The notes under the pieces were generated by a model that was given only the letters and a program-made list of their open reading frames with translations, was not told the DNA's origin and made no database searches. Below are positions 52,782-63,093 of a DNA stretch of 64,000 bases, piece by piece. The position numbers and the translations under genes are program-made. The DNA comes from an uncultured Candidatus Saccharibacteria bacterium. Its GTDB lineage: Bacteria > Patescibacteriota > Minisyncoccia > Minisyncoccales > UBA1441. The stretch is from assembly GCA_964572275.1 (NCBI GenBank), contig CAZNED010000001.1:87188-151187 (forward strand), given 5' to 3'. Position 1 is the first letter of the stretch, and the number at the start of each line of letters is the position of its first letter.

Positions 52782-55700
52782 TTAATTAGCTGGCGACACT
52801 TCTCGCCATTCTATATCTGATGCTTCGTCAACCGAGACCGGTTGCGTCATCCGGCAAGGACCATAACCCGAAGAATCCCAGACATCCAGTGAAATTGAAT
52901 AATCGTCTTTTGTCTGGAAAATGATATCAGGATTTTGACTTGTGTCACTCGTTTCGTTGACATAATTATAATCTATTCCCTCGCTGCCGGAAAGAGTCCA
53001 TAACCAATTACCTAAAATAGAACCACCATATGAAGTGCTTTCATCGATGAAATTTGTTTCTATCTCAATTCGAGCCGGATCGGGGGAGAAACTAAACCCT
53101 GACTCAGGCCAATGATGATCATTTTCTACCGTGAAGTGTCCAGTCGTTGACCAGCCACCCCATTGGCCTTCAACATCTTTCACTTTTACTTGCCACCAAT
53201 ATTCCGTATCTCCATACTCCAGATCGCAGATTCCAGTATTTTGATAACCATTTAAGCCGACATGACAAACTCCCGCATCATAATCAGGATGATGAGAAGA
53301 GGCGCTGCTATCATTTGCTTCATATTGATAGACTATACTAGTTAGTCCGGCATCATTATAAATTTCAACACTGTATCCATAAGTGGTATCATCCGTCTCC
53401 CAAGATAAAGTCGGATGAAGAGTATCAATGCAATAATTCCATTCCACCCCTAATCCTGAAGCGTCTAATCCGAAATCCATTGTGGTGTAAACATAATATT
53501 CAGGCGGATTAGAAACTTCATTCAAGCTATTAAAACTAATCCATCCCAAAATTTCGCCGCCATAGGCCCATCCTTCAAAACGCTTAGTGGTGGTGTTTAA
53601 AGAAACTCCATAAGGGGAATCGTCTAGCGCCGTCCCTCTTAAACTAATCCAACCATCCCAACTATCGTCATGATTAATGGCGCGAGCCCAACCATAGAAA
53701 GCAGACTCGTCAGGGTCAAAAATGGCAATACAATCATTTTCCTGTGCACAGGGATCGTTCTCTGGAGGAACGCCAGCCCCCAAAGGTCCATCTCTATTGA
53801 AAGTTATCCAACCTAAATTATCAGACCAAATATGCCCTCCTAATTTGAAACTTTCAGTATTTATATTAAGGCCATAATTGTATGCGCCAATTCCTATTAC
53901 TCCAATCCAACCAACCACATCCGATCCCCATATCCAACCATCCAAACGATTATCTTCTCTAACGAATAATCCTCCGGTGGCACTATTTTCATTAACCCAA
54001 TCATCACATTCGTCACCATAGCACCTAAGCTTAACCCAGCCATCCCAATCACCCTCTGGAGCAGCAGTAAATCTAGCCCAACCACTAAATCTCCTCGTGT
54101 TGCTGTCATATCGAGCGATCGCTCCATCGCTTTGATAAGGTTCTCCGGGCGGATTGCCGGTTATATCTCGATCAAAAGAAAGCCACCCTAAATTATCGGA
54201 CCAAGCCCAACCGCTTAAATTGCCTCCGCTAACAGAAACTTTATAATCTTCCGTCGCCGGATTACAGGTCGAGTCAGTTGCGCAATTCCAGCTTATCCAG
54301 CCGATATTTTCAGACCAAGCCCAGCCCTCAATCTCTCCTGAACTAGAATCATAGGATGCTAAATAATCAGCAACATCATCGTTATTAAACGACACCCAGC
54401 CGATATTTTCAGACCAAGCCCAGCCTCCAACATTAGCTCCGTGTTCATCGTAAAGTTCATAATAGAGGAATATTTTTAAAATAGATTCCTCTAATAATGG
54501 AGTAACCGACGCATGATTAGTTGTTAAGGTTTGACGAATCTGCACGCGCCCATTACTTATATCAGTCCCACGTTCCAATCCCAAAACCGATCCGCCATCA
54601 CTGGCTGATTGCCACCCCTGCCAACTGTTACCACCGTCTAATGAAACATTAGTTTCAACCCCTACTGAAGTTTGGATTCCGCTACTCCACGTCGCACCGG
54701 TGATAGATCCATCGTTGCTATTATTAGAACTATCGTATGCGACTGAACCGCCCACTTCGTTAAATTTCCAATAACCAACTAAACCAGATTCATTCCCTGA
54801 TACCTCTCTATACATATTGTCCTCAATTTGTTGACTCGTGCGCGCTATGCTCCAAAGACGCACCTCGTCAATAAGACCATCATAAGCATTAGTATATCCT
54901 TTACCTATTAACAATGACGCGCTCGATGCGACAGCCGAATTATAGGAAACTGTTGTTCGGTTTGTCTCTACTCCATTAATATACCAACGCAAAAGACCAT
55001 CTCCTGTAATGTTACGCACAATGACCACATGATTCCACTCACCTAGATTTAAAGCTTGATTGCTATTAAAACCTTGATAAGGAGATCCATCTCCTCCATT
55101 TGTTCCCCAATAATAATTCAATGTTCCATTTATTTCTTGAGTAATAGTCCCTTCTCCGCCATAGGCCTTATTCCATGGATTTCGCCTGACTGTAAAATTA
55201 TCTGGCTTCAACCACATCTCTATCGTTTGATTGCCCAATACTTGGATACTTTCGTCATTACCTGCATTAACATAGTAATCTCCATCACTAAATTCTAACG
55301 CTCCGCCAAAACTAGGAATATCGCCAGACCAACTTATTTCTGATCCCCCGGAAGTGCCAATTGAAGAGAGATCATAGGCGGTAGAAGTGCGGGTTCCGCT
55401 GATTCCGCTACTTAAAATCAATCCTCCGGATGTAACATCCACATTATCTTCTGTTCCCAACCACCCATCATCATGTTCTTCAATCATTAATGAAACCTCC
55501 TCTTCTGATCCTGGCGCAGGATCATAGTAAGTGGTAAACATCATTTCTTGACCATAGGTCCACCCTTCAGAATCTTGTGCTTTTGCTCGAAAATAATAAA
55601 TGGTGTTATGGATCAAGCCATCTATTGAATAATAAAATTCATCTGCCGTAAAATCGCCTTCTTCCGTCCACGAATAAAGATATGGTCCGCTAGCCATACC

Positions 55701-58529
55701 ACCCCATTCAAAACCTCTTTCGGTTACATTTCTCAGAGTGCTGATCTGATCGATGCTTCCCGTCAAATCAACTCTTTGCCCCGTTATAATCTGAGATCCG
55801 GTAGTCGAAACCTGTAAACTATCGTCTAATGTTTGAAAACTCATTTCTTCACCGTAAGCCCATTCTTCAGCATCTCGAGCCTTAGCTCTATAATAATAAG
55901 TATTATCATCATTTAAATCAGAAATTTGATGCGAAAAAGAGCCTACGGCAAAAATACCTTCTTCTGTCCAAGAATCATCATATGGTCCACCCTCTATTTC
56001 TCCCCATTCAAAGCCTCTTTCAAGTGCCGAGTTTTCCCCGTTTAATTCTATTATCGCTCCCTGCAGAGTCGCCGAATAAGGATTGATACTTATCGCTTCT
56101 TGGGTCTCTGTGATTATCCCTCCATATGTAATTGTTTCTGTAATACTGGAAATAGTTGGAGTAATGGATGAAATATTTTCATAATGCTTAAATTCATCAA
56201 TCCAAATATTGCTCCCCTCGGCACTAAAAGAAAGAACATTCATCGGACTGCCTGTGTCATATCTGGCTTCGGGCCGATAATAAACTCCATTGACCCAAAC
56301 ATGATAAAACTTCTCGCCAGGTAGACCGTTAGTTATTTTAATATGATTCCAATTGTCTTGGTTATAAGAAGCGAATGTTACATAACTACTCCCATTATAA
56401 CTTTGCAAAGATCCGCTTGAATAACGCCAAACTCCGTTGGTTAAATAACTCCGTCGGCTTAAGCCAGATGGAAGATAGATCCAATAATCGAATGTCGCTT
56501 GATTCCCTTCAATTGCCGAGGAGCCGATACTATATGCTGCACTAGCCGTACTTGGAATTAAAATTGATTTATTGCCGTATTTAGCCCTAGTTGTTGAAAT
56601 TGAATTACTACTATCCCAATAATTTTTAACATCATCTTCGAAAGTTTGATGAATATCTGGTCTTTTTGTCTGGCTCAAGGCTTGCCTAACCCAGAGATAT
56701 TTATTGCTCAAATCATCATTTTCATTAATGCCAGGGATAGGATTGCCACTCGTAGCTTCTTGCCATAAACCACTGTTTATTGTCCAAGAAGCTCCTTGGA
56801 CTGATCCTTGATTGTTATTCTCAGAATTATCTGCCGCAACTACCCCCTCTCCTTCATTTAATTTCCAATAAGCAGCTAGATCGGCAACGCTATCTGGTTG
56901 TTGATACATATTATCTTGAATCTGCTGTTGAGTGCGGGCAGTATCCCAAATACGGATTTCATCCATTATGCCATCCAACGGTCTGTAATCATCAAGCGCA
57001 TAATTCCCTATAATCAATGATCTGTTGGTTGTTATATTGCCACTACTACTATTAATAAGCACAGATGCCTCTACCTCGCCGTCAACATATATCGTCCCAT
57101 AACCATCTCTATCGTATGTGACAGCAATATGATGCCATTGACCTGGCATGATCACACTATCATCTGTTTGTATAACAGTTCTGTAGATACCATCGGATAT
57201 CGTTGTCCAAATGGATCCATCGTTATAGATAGCCGTTCGCCATCCATCAGTTGCATCAGCCGTTCCCCCGCGTGTCATTAAAGAATTTTGAACACTCAAG
57301 GAATTCCATTCATTTACATAAACCCAAGATTCCCAAGAAAAATCACCTCCTCCAAAAGTTAGACTCGCGCCCGTTCCTGCATTTATATAATCCCCATCAT
57401 CTTCAAATTCTAAGGCATATTTCTTATCTTCATCAGTGATAGCAGTATAAATATCTACATTTGTATATTCAGAAGTTGTAGCGCTCCATTCGATTGAACT
57501 TTCTTTCACTTTTGTAGCTTCGTTCAATGAAAGGGGTTGCGAAATGCGATATCCTGTTTCTTCTTTAAGATCGGGCCAACTATTCAGGAGCTCCTGAATA
57601 GAGGGTTCGTTCCCATCTATTATATCAACCCTGGGATACGCCCAACGCTGCCTAGTAGATGTATCAGTGGAGTAATAAAGATATGACCGATGGTTGGAAG
57701 TAGTTGTCTCCGGTCGCCAAACAAAATCTGTCAAGTCTGCAGTATAAATAATGCTACCACTAGTATTATAAATCCCACTCTCTGCTTTATTGCTTCCAGT
57801 GCCTGAGCCAACCGGCCAAATATGCCCTACGGCTAAATACCAAGAGCTAGTATCCCCCCACTCCGTCCAATTACTGTTGACAGTAAAATAATAATTGGTG
57901 GTATTCGCGCCACTACTTCGTATCAAGAGTCCGTTGACTGAACCATACCCTCGTGTTCCGAAATAAAAATGACCATTCCCTTTTACCGGTCGTTGCACCC
58001 AAACCGAAAATCGATACATTTTTGTCGTATCAACACTAAATGACGATGTATTCCAGCCACCATCGGCATCTGAAACCGAATCCGGCCTTGCCTCCCATAT
58101 TACTGATTCTTCTCCAAACGGATTATTAGCTAATATTCTATAGTTTTCTGCGGTAGTACCATTTTGATTAAAATCTGGGGCACTTCCCGTGCCAACAGTC
58201 CAAACGCTTGGATCTATAACGAGATCAGCAGTTTCAAGTTCAATATTATCTCCATCCGATTCAATGCCATCCATCCCCCAGGCATCGTTCCATTCAATCT
58301 GTGAGTCAATAACTCTTGTTAATTCATTTTCCGAGGCATAAACAATATTTTCATCGGTTAGAAATAATGGAGCAAAAGAGGTAAAAATCAAAGCGAATAT
58401 TAAAATAAAACTTAGTAAACAAAAAATCGGCGATTTTCTTATGGAACCAACCTTAGGTTGATTCAAAGAAAAATCATCCGAGGGCATAATAGTTTTTATG
58501 AATGACAATTTAGATCGGAATAAAATCAT
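52782..58529 (-). CDS. Giant surface protein (1915 aa) with two LamG-like domains, FN3-like modules, a GW-repeat region and a C-terminal FN3-like plus PKD-like module
   Basis: LamG-like signatures LDGIMDEIRIWDTARTQQQIQDNMY and YDGLIDEVRLWSIARTSQQIEDNMY. At least 8 repeats of the GWAWSENIGWISFN type. N-terminal signal anchor. Confidence 0.8.
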   Translation of the reverse strand: MILFRSKLSFIKTIMPSDDFSLNQPKVGSIRKSPIFCLLSFILIFALIFTSFAPLFLTDENIVYASENELTRVIDSQIEWNDAWGMDGIESDGDNIELETADLVIDPSVWTVGTGSAPDFNQNGTTAENYRILANNPFGEESVIWEARPDSVSDADGGWNTSSFSVDTTKMYRFSVWVQRPVKGNGHFYFGTRGYGSVNGLLIRSSGANTTNYYFTVNSNWTEWGDTSSWYLAVGHIWPVGSGTGSNKAESGIYNTSGSIIYTADLTDFVWRPETTTSNHRSYLYYSTDTSTRQRWAYPRVDIIDGNEPSIQELLNSWPDLKEETGYRISQPLSLNEATKVKESSIEWSATTSEYTNVDIYTAITDEDKKYALEFEDDGDYINAGTGASLTFGGGDFSWESWVYVNEWNSLSVQNSLMTRGGTADATDGWRTAIYNDGSIWTTISDGIYRTVIQTDDSVIMPGQWHHIAVTYDRDGYGTIYVDGEVEASVLINSSSGNITTNRSLIIGNYALDDYRPLDGIMDEIRIWDTARTQQQIQDNMYQQPDSVADLAAYWKLNEGEGVVAADNSENNNQGSVQGASWTINSGLWQEATSGNPIPGINENDDLSNKYLWVRQALSQTKRPDIHQTFEDDVKNYWDSSNSISTTRAKYGNKSILIPSTASAAYSIGSSAIEGNQATFDYWIYLPSGLSRRSYLTNGVWRYSSGSLQSYNGSSYVTFASYNQDNWNHIKITNGLPGEKFYHVWVNGVYYRPEARYDTGSPMNVLSFSAEGSNIWIDEFKHYENISSITPTISSITETITYGGIITETQEAISINPYSATLQGAIIELNGENSALERGFEWGEIEGGPYDDSWTEEGIFAVGSFSHQISDLNDDNTYYYRAKARDAEEWAYGEEMSFQTLDDSLQVSTTGSQIITGQRVDLTGSIDQISTLRNVTERGFEWGGMASGPYLYSWTEEGDFTADEFYYSIDGLIHNTIYYFRAKAQDSEGWTYGQEMMFTTYYDPAPGSEEEVSLMIEEHDDGWLGTEDNVDVTSGGLILSSGISGTRTSTAYDLSSIGTSGGSEISWSGDIPSFGGALEFSDGDYYVNAGNDESIQVLGNQTIEMWLKPDNFTVRRNPWNKAYGGEGTITQEINGTLNYYWGTNGGDGSPYQGFNSNQALNLGEWNHVVIVRNITGDGLLRWYINGVETNRTTVSYNSAVASSASLLIGKGYTNAYDGLIDEVRLWSIARTSQQIEDNMYREVSGNESGLVGYWKFNEVGGSVAYDSSNNSNDGSITGATWSSGIQTSVGVETNVSLDGGNSWQGWQSASDGGSVLGLERGTDISNGRVQIRQTLTTNHASVTPLLEESILKIFLYYELYDEHGANVGGWAWSENIGWVSFNNDDVADYLASYDSSSGEIEGWAWSENIGWISWNCATDSTCNPATEDYKVSVSGGNLSGWAWSDNLGWLSFDRDITGNPPGEPYQSDGAIARYDSNTRRFSGWARFTAAPEGDWDGWVKLRCYGDECDDWVNENSATGGLFVREDNRLDGWIWGSDVVGWIGVIGIGAYNYGLNINTESFKLGGHIWSDNLGWITFNRDGPLGAGVPPENDPCAQENDCIAIFDPDESAFYGWARAINHDDSWDGWISLRGTALDDSPYGVSLNTTTKRFEGWAYGGEILGWISFNSLNEVSNPPEYYVYTTMDFGLDASGLGVEWNYCIDTLHPTLSWETDDTTYGYSVEIYNDAGLTSIVYQYEANDSSASSHHPDYDAGVCHVGLNGYQNTGICDLEYGDTEYWWQVKVKDVEGQWGGWSTTGHFTVENDHHWPESGFSFSPDPARIEIETNFIDESTSYGGSILGNWLWTLSGSEGIDYNYVNETSDTSQNPDIIFQTKDDYSISLDVWDSSGYGPCRMTQPVSVDEASDIEWREVSPAN

Positions 58530-58746
58530 TAGATTGTCTTATTATATAAGTACATGATAACAAAACATTATTCTCAAAACAAGGGATCCGTAAATTATCA
58601 GAAATATATTTTAAGTATTATTACCTTAATATTAAATTAATTTTCCGATCTTCATTTGAAAATATTTCTTGAGTTGATATTCACGCATCTCTGTAAATAT
58701 TTTGAACTTGCAATATGACTGTTTTTCCTATATATTAAGAGGCATT

Positions 58747-59694
58747 ATGAGTAAAATTTTGAAAGATAAAACTGATTTGATTCCTCCTTTAACTGAAGGC
58801 GAATTGGTTGAAGGACGAATAATAGGCTTCGGGCGATCAGCTATCTATATCGATCTTAGCCCTCGAGGTGCGGCTGTTGTTTATGGCCGAGAATTTTATG
58901 ATGTTAAGAATGCCTTAAAAGGATTAAATATCGGAGATACTTTGTCTGGAGAAATAATCGGCATTGAAAATGATGAAGGTTACTCGGAAATGTCCATTAA
59001 AAGAGCATTCCGCCAAAGAATTTGGCATGATCTGCATCAAAAGAAAGAAAGCGGAGATACCATTGAAGTAAGGGTATCGGGAGCAAACAAGGGTGGTTTG
59101 ATTGTCAAAATAGAAGATATTCAGGCATTTCTGCCCGCTTCTCAACTTTCTTTTGAACATTTCCCGCGCGTTGAAGACGCGGATAAGAATAAGATCTTGG
59201 ATAAACTGGAAGATTTGGTTGGCCGAACATTAAAAGTGAAGGTTTTAGATTTAGATCAAAAAGAAGAAAAACTGATTCTTTCTGAAAAACTTGAAGAAAT
59301 AGAAAAGACCAAAGAAACTCTAAATAAATATCAGAAAGGAGATTTGGTTGAAGGAGAAATAACTGGCTTAGCTGATTTTGGTGCCTTTATCAGATTCGGC
59401 GAGAGTAACCTAGAAGGACTGATCCATATTTCTGAGTTGGATTGGGGATTAGTGAAACACCCATCTGATATTGTCAAAGTCGGTCAAAAAGTTAAGGCTC
59501 GCATTGTTGATATTGGCAGAGACAGCCGTGTTTCTTTATCTTTAAAGGCGACTAAAGCTCCTGAAAAAGAGATTGAAGACATTAAAGAAGAAAAGCCCGA
59601 GAAGAAAGTTGCTAAGCTTGAGAAGAAAGTTGCTAAAAAGGAAGTAATTAAAAAAATTAAAACTATCAAGAAAAAAGATGAGCCAGTTGCTTAA
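58747..59694 (+). CDS. rpsA: Ribosomal protein S1-like protein (three S1 domains, Lys-rich tail)
   Basis: Start reassigned to ATG 58747, with AAGAGG 5 nt upstream. S1-domain signatures GELVEGRIIG, GDTIEVRVSG and GDLVEGEITGLADFGAFIRF. Confidence 0.7.
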   Translation: MSKILKDKTDLIPPLTEGELVEGRIIGFGRSAIYIDLSPRGAAVVYGREFYDVKNALKGLNIGDTLSGEIIGIENDEGYSEMSIKRAFRQRIWHDLHQKKESGDTIEVRVSGANKGGLIVKIEDIQAFLPASQLSFEHFPRVEDADKNKILDKLEDLVGRTLKVKVLDLDQKEEKLILSEKLEEIEKTKETLNKYQKGDLVEGEITGLADFGAFIRFGESNLEGLIHISELDWGLVKHPSDIVKVGQKVKARIVDIGRDSRVSLSLKATKAPEKEIEDIKEEKPEKKVAKLEKKVAKKEVIKKIKTIKKKDEPVA

Positions 59695-61504
59695 AAAAAT
59701 CGGCCTGATCGTAATTATTCTCCTGGCCGTTTCAGCTGTTTTTTCGCTGTTCGTACCCGAGAAATCTTCAGACGAGCAGACTGTCACTTTCAATCAGCTA
59801 ACCCAGCAAATTAAAGAAGGGATTGTCGCTCGCATTATCGTTGTCGAAGATTATCTAGAGATATTCTACCAAGATGATTCCAAAGCGATCTCCCAAAAAG
59901 AACCCTCTGTTTCTCTGACGCAATCACTTCTCAATTACGGAGTTTCTTCAGAACAATTGCAGGATATTGAATTGTCGTTCCAGGAACCGCCCATCAGCAT
60001 GGGCACTGCCCTACTGCCAATTCTAATATTTGTCTTACCAATTTTATTGATCTTTATTTTCTTTTGGATGATTTTTAGACAAACCAAGGGAAGCGTCAAC
60101 CAAACAATGTCATTCTTGAAATCACCAGATCAAAAATTTGTCGCTACAAATAAAAAAGAAAATACCAGTTTTAAAGATGTCGGCGGATTAGAAGAAGTTA
60201 AAAATGAACTTGAAGAAATCGTTGATTTTTTAAAAAAACCCGACAAATATATCAGCATGGGGGCGAAGATTCCTCGAGGCGTTTTATTGGTCGGAGCTCC
60301 CGGATCAGGAAAAACTCTTTTAGCTCGAGCTATTGCCTCAGAAGCTGATGTTCCTTTTTATTCCATTTCTGGATCAGAATTCGTAGAGATGTTTGTTGGA
60401 GTCGGATCTCGTCGCGTTAAAGATTTATTCGAGAAAGCGAAACGAAATCAACCTAGCATTGTTTTTATCGATGAACTGGATGCCATCGGACGAACTCGCG
60501 GCTTTGGCTGGGGTGGTGGTAATGACGAGAGAGAACAAACCTTGAATCAAATTCTTGTTGAGATGGATGGTTTTCGCCGCGAAGAAAAAGTGATTGTAGT
60601 TGCCAGTACCAATCGGCCGGATATCCTTGACCCTGCTCTTTTAAGACCAGGGCGATTTGATCGTCGAGTCGTTACCGATCTTCCTGATATTAAAAATAGA
60701 GTTGAAATATTAAAAATCCATTGTCGCAACAAACCTCTTGCTGGCGATGTTAAATTAGAAGAAATTGCCGAAAGAACTCCAGGATTCTCCGGAGCTGATT
60801 TAGAGAATTTAGCCAATGAAGCTGCAATTTTAGCCGCTCGGAAAAATAAAAAATCTGTCTGCCAAGATGATTTTTTGGAATCAATTATTAAAGTAATTCT
60901 CGGACCAGAGAGAAAGAGTCATTTATTAGATGAATCTGAAAAGGAAATCGCGGCTTATCACGAAGGCGGGCATGCTCTTATCTCTACTCTTTCGCCTGGA
61001 TCAGAAATAATTCGTAAGGTTTCTATTATTGCCCGTGGTGTCAGTGCCGGTTATACATTTTCTAGCCCGGCTAAAGAAAAGAAAATTATCAATCAGGAAC
61101 AATTGAAAGCTACTTTGGCTTCCATGCTTGGAGGATATGCGGCTGAAAAGATAAAGTATGGACAGGTTTCCACGGGAGCGTCAAATGATCTGCAAAGAGT
61201 TACTGGCTTGGCTCGAAAGATGGTTACCGAATATGGCATGTCAAATCTGGGACCAATTAGTCTCCGTGAAGAAGGTGAATGGTGGCAAGGTGGATTCGGC
61301 CGTAAAACCATTTCCGAAGATTGGTTGACCAAAGCCGATCAAGAAGTTAGCAGGCTTATTAAAGAAGCTGAAATTGAAGCATTAAAGATACTAAAGAAAC
61401 ATCGAGCAACTCTTAATGAAATTGTAAAAGCACTATTGAAAAAAGAAACTTTGGAAAGAGAAGAATTTGAAGAGATCGTTGCCAAGAGCAGAAAACAGAA
61501 TTAA
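59678..61504 (+). CDS. ftsH: ATP-dependent zinc metalloprotease FtsH
   Basis: 608 aa. Walker A GAPGSGKT, second region of homology, and zinc motif HEGGHA. Confidence 0.95.
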   Translation: MSQLLKKIGLIVIILLAVSAVFSLFVPEKSSDEQTVTFNQLTQQIKEGIVARIIVVEDYLEIFYQDDSKAISQKEPSVSLTQSLLNYGVSSEQLQDIELSFQEPPISMGTALLPILIFVLPILLIFIFFWMIFRQTKGSVNQTMSFLKSPDQKFVATNKKENTSFKDVGGLEEVKNELEEIVDFLKKPDKYISMGAKIPRGVLLVGAPGSGKTLLARAIASEADVPFYSISGSEFVEMFVGVGSRRVKDLFEKAKRNQPSIVFIDELDAIGRTRGFGWGGGNDEREQTLNQILVEMDGFRREEKVIVVASTNRPDILDPALLRPGRFDRRVVTDLPDIKNRVEILKIHCRNKPLAGDVKLEEIAERTPGFSGADLENLANEAAILAARKNKKSVCQDDFLESIIKVILGPERKSHLLDESEKEIAAYHEGGHALISTLSPGSEIIRKVSIIARGVSAGYTFSSPAKEKKIINQEQLKATLASMLGGYAAEKIKYGQVSTGASNDLQRVTGLARKMVTEYGMSNLGPISLREEGEWWQGGFGRKTISEDWLTKADQEVSRLIKEAEIEALKILKKHRATLNEIVKALLKKETLEREEFEEIVAKSRKQN

Positions 61505-61544
61505 TCTTTTCAGGGTTGGAAATCTTTGTTAGAATATAGCAAGT

Positions 61545-61617
61545 GGGCCAGTAGCTCAGCGGTCAGAGCAATCGGCTTATATCCGATTGGTCGGGGGTTC
61601 GATTCCCTCCTGGCCCA
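61545..61617 (+). tRNA. tRNA-Ile, anticodon UAU as read
   Basis: Acceptor GGGCCAG/CTGGCCC. Anticodon stem ATCGG/CCGAT with loop CTTATAT (anticodon at 61578-61580). Confidence 0.85.
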
Positions 61618-61629
61618 CTTAAAAGAAAA

Positions 61630-61703
61630 GGGCGGTTGGCTCAGTTGGTTAGAGCGTCACAGTGACATTGTGAAGGTCGCAGGTTCGAATCCTGCACCGC
61701 CCA
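61630..61703 (+). tRNA. tRNA-Val (GAC)
   Basis: Acceptor GGGCGGT/ACCGCCC. Anticodon loop GTGACAT. Confidence 0.9.
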
Positions 61704-61739
61704 CATCCAAATAATTGAGTTGAATCAATAACTTTGTGG

Positions 61740-62498
61740 CTAACGATTTATTCTTGGATGAATTTGAGAATTCGGAAGAGATGGTCGTTTTAATTGAGAA
61801 TCAAATCGATTATCAAATCGCCCCATGCCAAAAGCTCGGATAGAACCATTATCCCTTCTGCCCCAAATTATTACCTGATCTCCTACTTGAAATCCCATTC
61901 CTCGCGGAAAACGCGTCTCTGAAGAAACAGAGACCGATATTTTTTCATTTAGATCATTAATTATTGTTATCTCTTCCTCTGTCATGCCTTCGATCAAACC
62001 AATATGAACATTCTCCGGATGTGGCATGGCGCTACGATAAAGAAATTCCATGGGCCCTTTATTGATTCTTTGCCAAACATTTTGATGGAAACCAAATTCT
62101 AAGGAGATTAATCCTCCTATCGTAATCAAAATCAAAATAGCTAATAGAGAATATATTAATGGCTTGCGATAGGATATGGGATGATGCCTAACCAATAACC
62201 CCAATACTCCAATGAAAATAATTATTCCTGCGAGAATAAACCACGGCAAGGAAGACAACAATATCATTAATCCTGGCCATCCAAAGGCGGGAAGAAATGT
62301 TAATCCGCTTTGGTGCAAAACAAATCCTATTAAACTGATTAAGTAGATGAGTGTGAGTAGTATAATCAAAGCTCCTCCCACCATCAAAATGGTTTTGAGA
62401 ATAAAATGCCACCGTGGTTTCATCTTTAGGCGCTGATTCTTTATGCGTTCTAAAACCTTTTCTTTAATCGGATTTAATTCAAAATTATTCTTGTTCAT
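61740..62498 (-). CDS. Multi-pass membrane protein downstream of an ECF sigma gene (possible anti-sigma factor)
   Basis: 252 aa. About 4 TM spans. Overlaps the sigma gene by 14 nt. Confidence 0.5.
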   Translation of the reverse strand: MNKNNFELNPIKEKVLERIKNQRLKMKPRWHFILKTILMVGGALIILLTLIYLISLIGFVLHQSGLTFLPAFGWPGLMILLSSLPWFILAGIIIFIGVLGLLVRHHPISYRKPLIYSLLAILILITIGGLISLEFGFHQNVWQRINKGPMEFLYRSAMPHPENVHIGLIEGMTEEEITIINDLNEKISVSVSSETRFPRGMGFQVGDQVIIWGRRDNGSIRAFGMGRFDNRFDSQLKRPSLPNSQIHPRINR

Positions 62499-63042
62499 AG
62501 ATTGTTTTTAATTTTTCGCGACCTCTTTTAAGCCTTGTCCCTATTGTAGCGGTTGGTATATGTAAAATATCAGCTATATCCTGATAGCTTAATTCTTCAA
62601 AATAATAAAGAATTATAGGTTCTCGATATTTCATATCTAATCGATTCAAGCATTTATCCAATTTATTCTTTAATTCTGTGCGATCAAATGAATCATCGGG
62701 CATTTCAATTAAAGTTTTTGGCAAAAAAACATCTGTTGCGAAAAGTGGCAATGGTTCTTTTTTCCTTCTTTTAATAGCATTAATGAATTCATTATGGGCA
62801 ATACGATAAAGCCATGGGGAAAATTTCCGATGGACATCAAAACCTTGTATATTAATATATGCTTTGATAAATACTTCTTGAGTCAAATCAGCTATATCGC
62901 TTTCCTCCTGCAAAAAACGTCGGGCATACCTGTAAATTTTGCCTTCATAACGCTCAATTAAATCACCGAATGCCTGCGTCTCACCGTTTTGGACACGCTG
63001 AGCAATCTGTTCATCTTTTTCAGACATGAGACATCTATTCAT
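62485..63042 (-). CDS. ECF-type RNA polymerase sigma-70 family factor
   Basis: 185 aa. Region 2 FSPWLYRIAHNEFINAIKRR and region 4 LSYQDIADILHIPTATIGTRLKRGREKL. Confidence 0.85.
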   Translation of the reverse strand: MNRCLMSEKDEQIAQRVQNGETQAFGDLIERYEGKIYRYARRFLQEESDIADLTQEVFIKAYINIQGFDVHRKFSPWLYRIAHNEFINAIKRRKKEPLPLFATDVFLPKTLIEMPDDSFDRTELKNKLDKCLNRLDMKYREPIILYYFEELSYQDIADILHIPTATIGTRLKRGREKLKTIYEQE

Positions 63043-63093
63043 TAATACATTATTTTCTCATTTTAAATTTCAAAAACCAGATATAATAAAACC

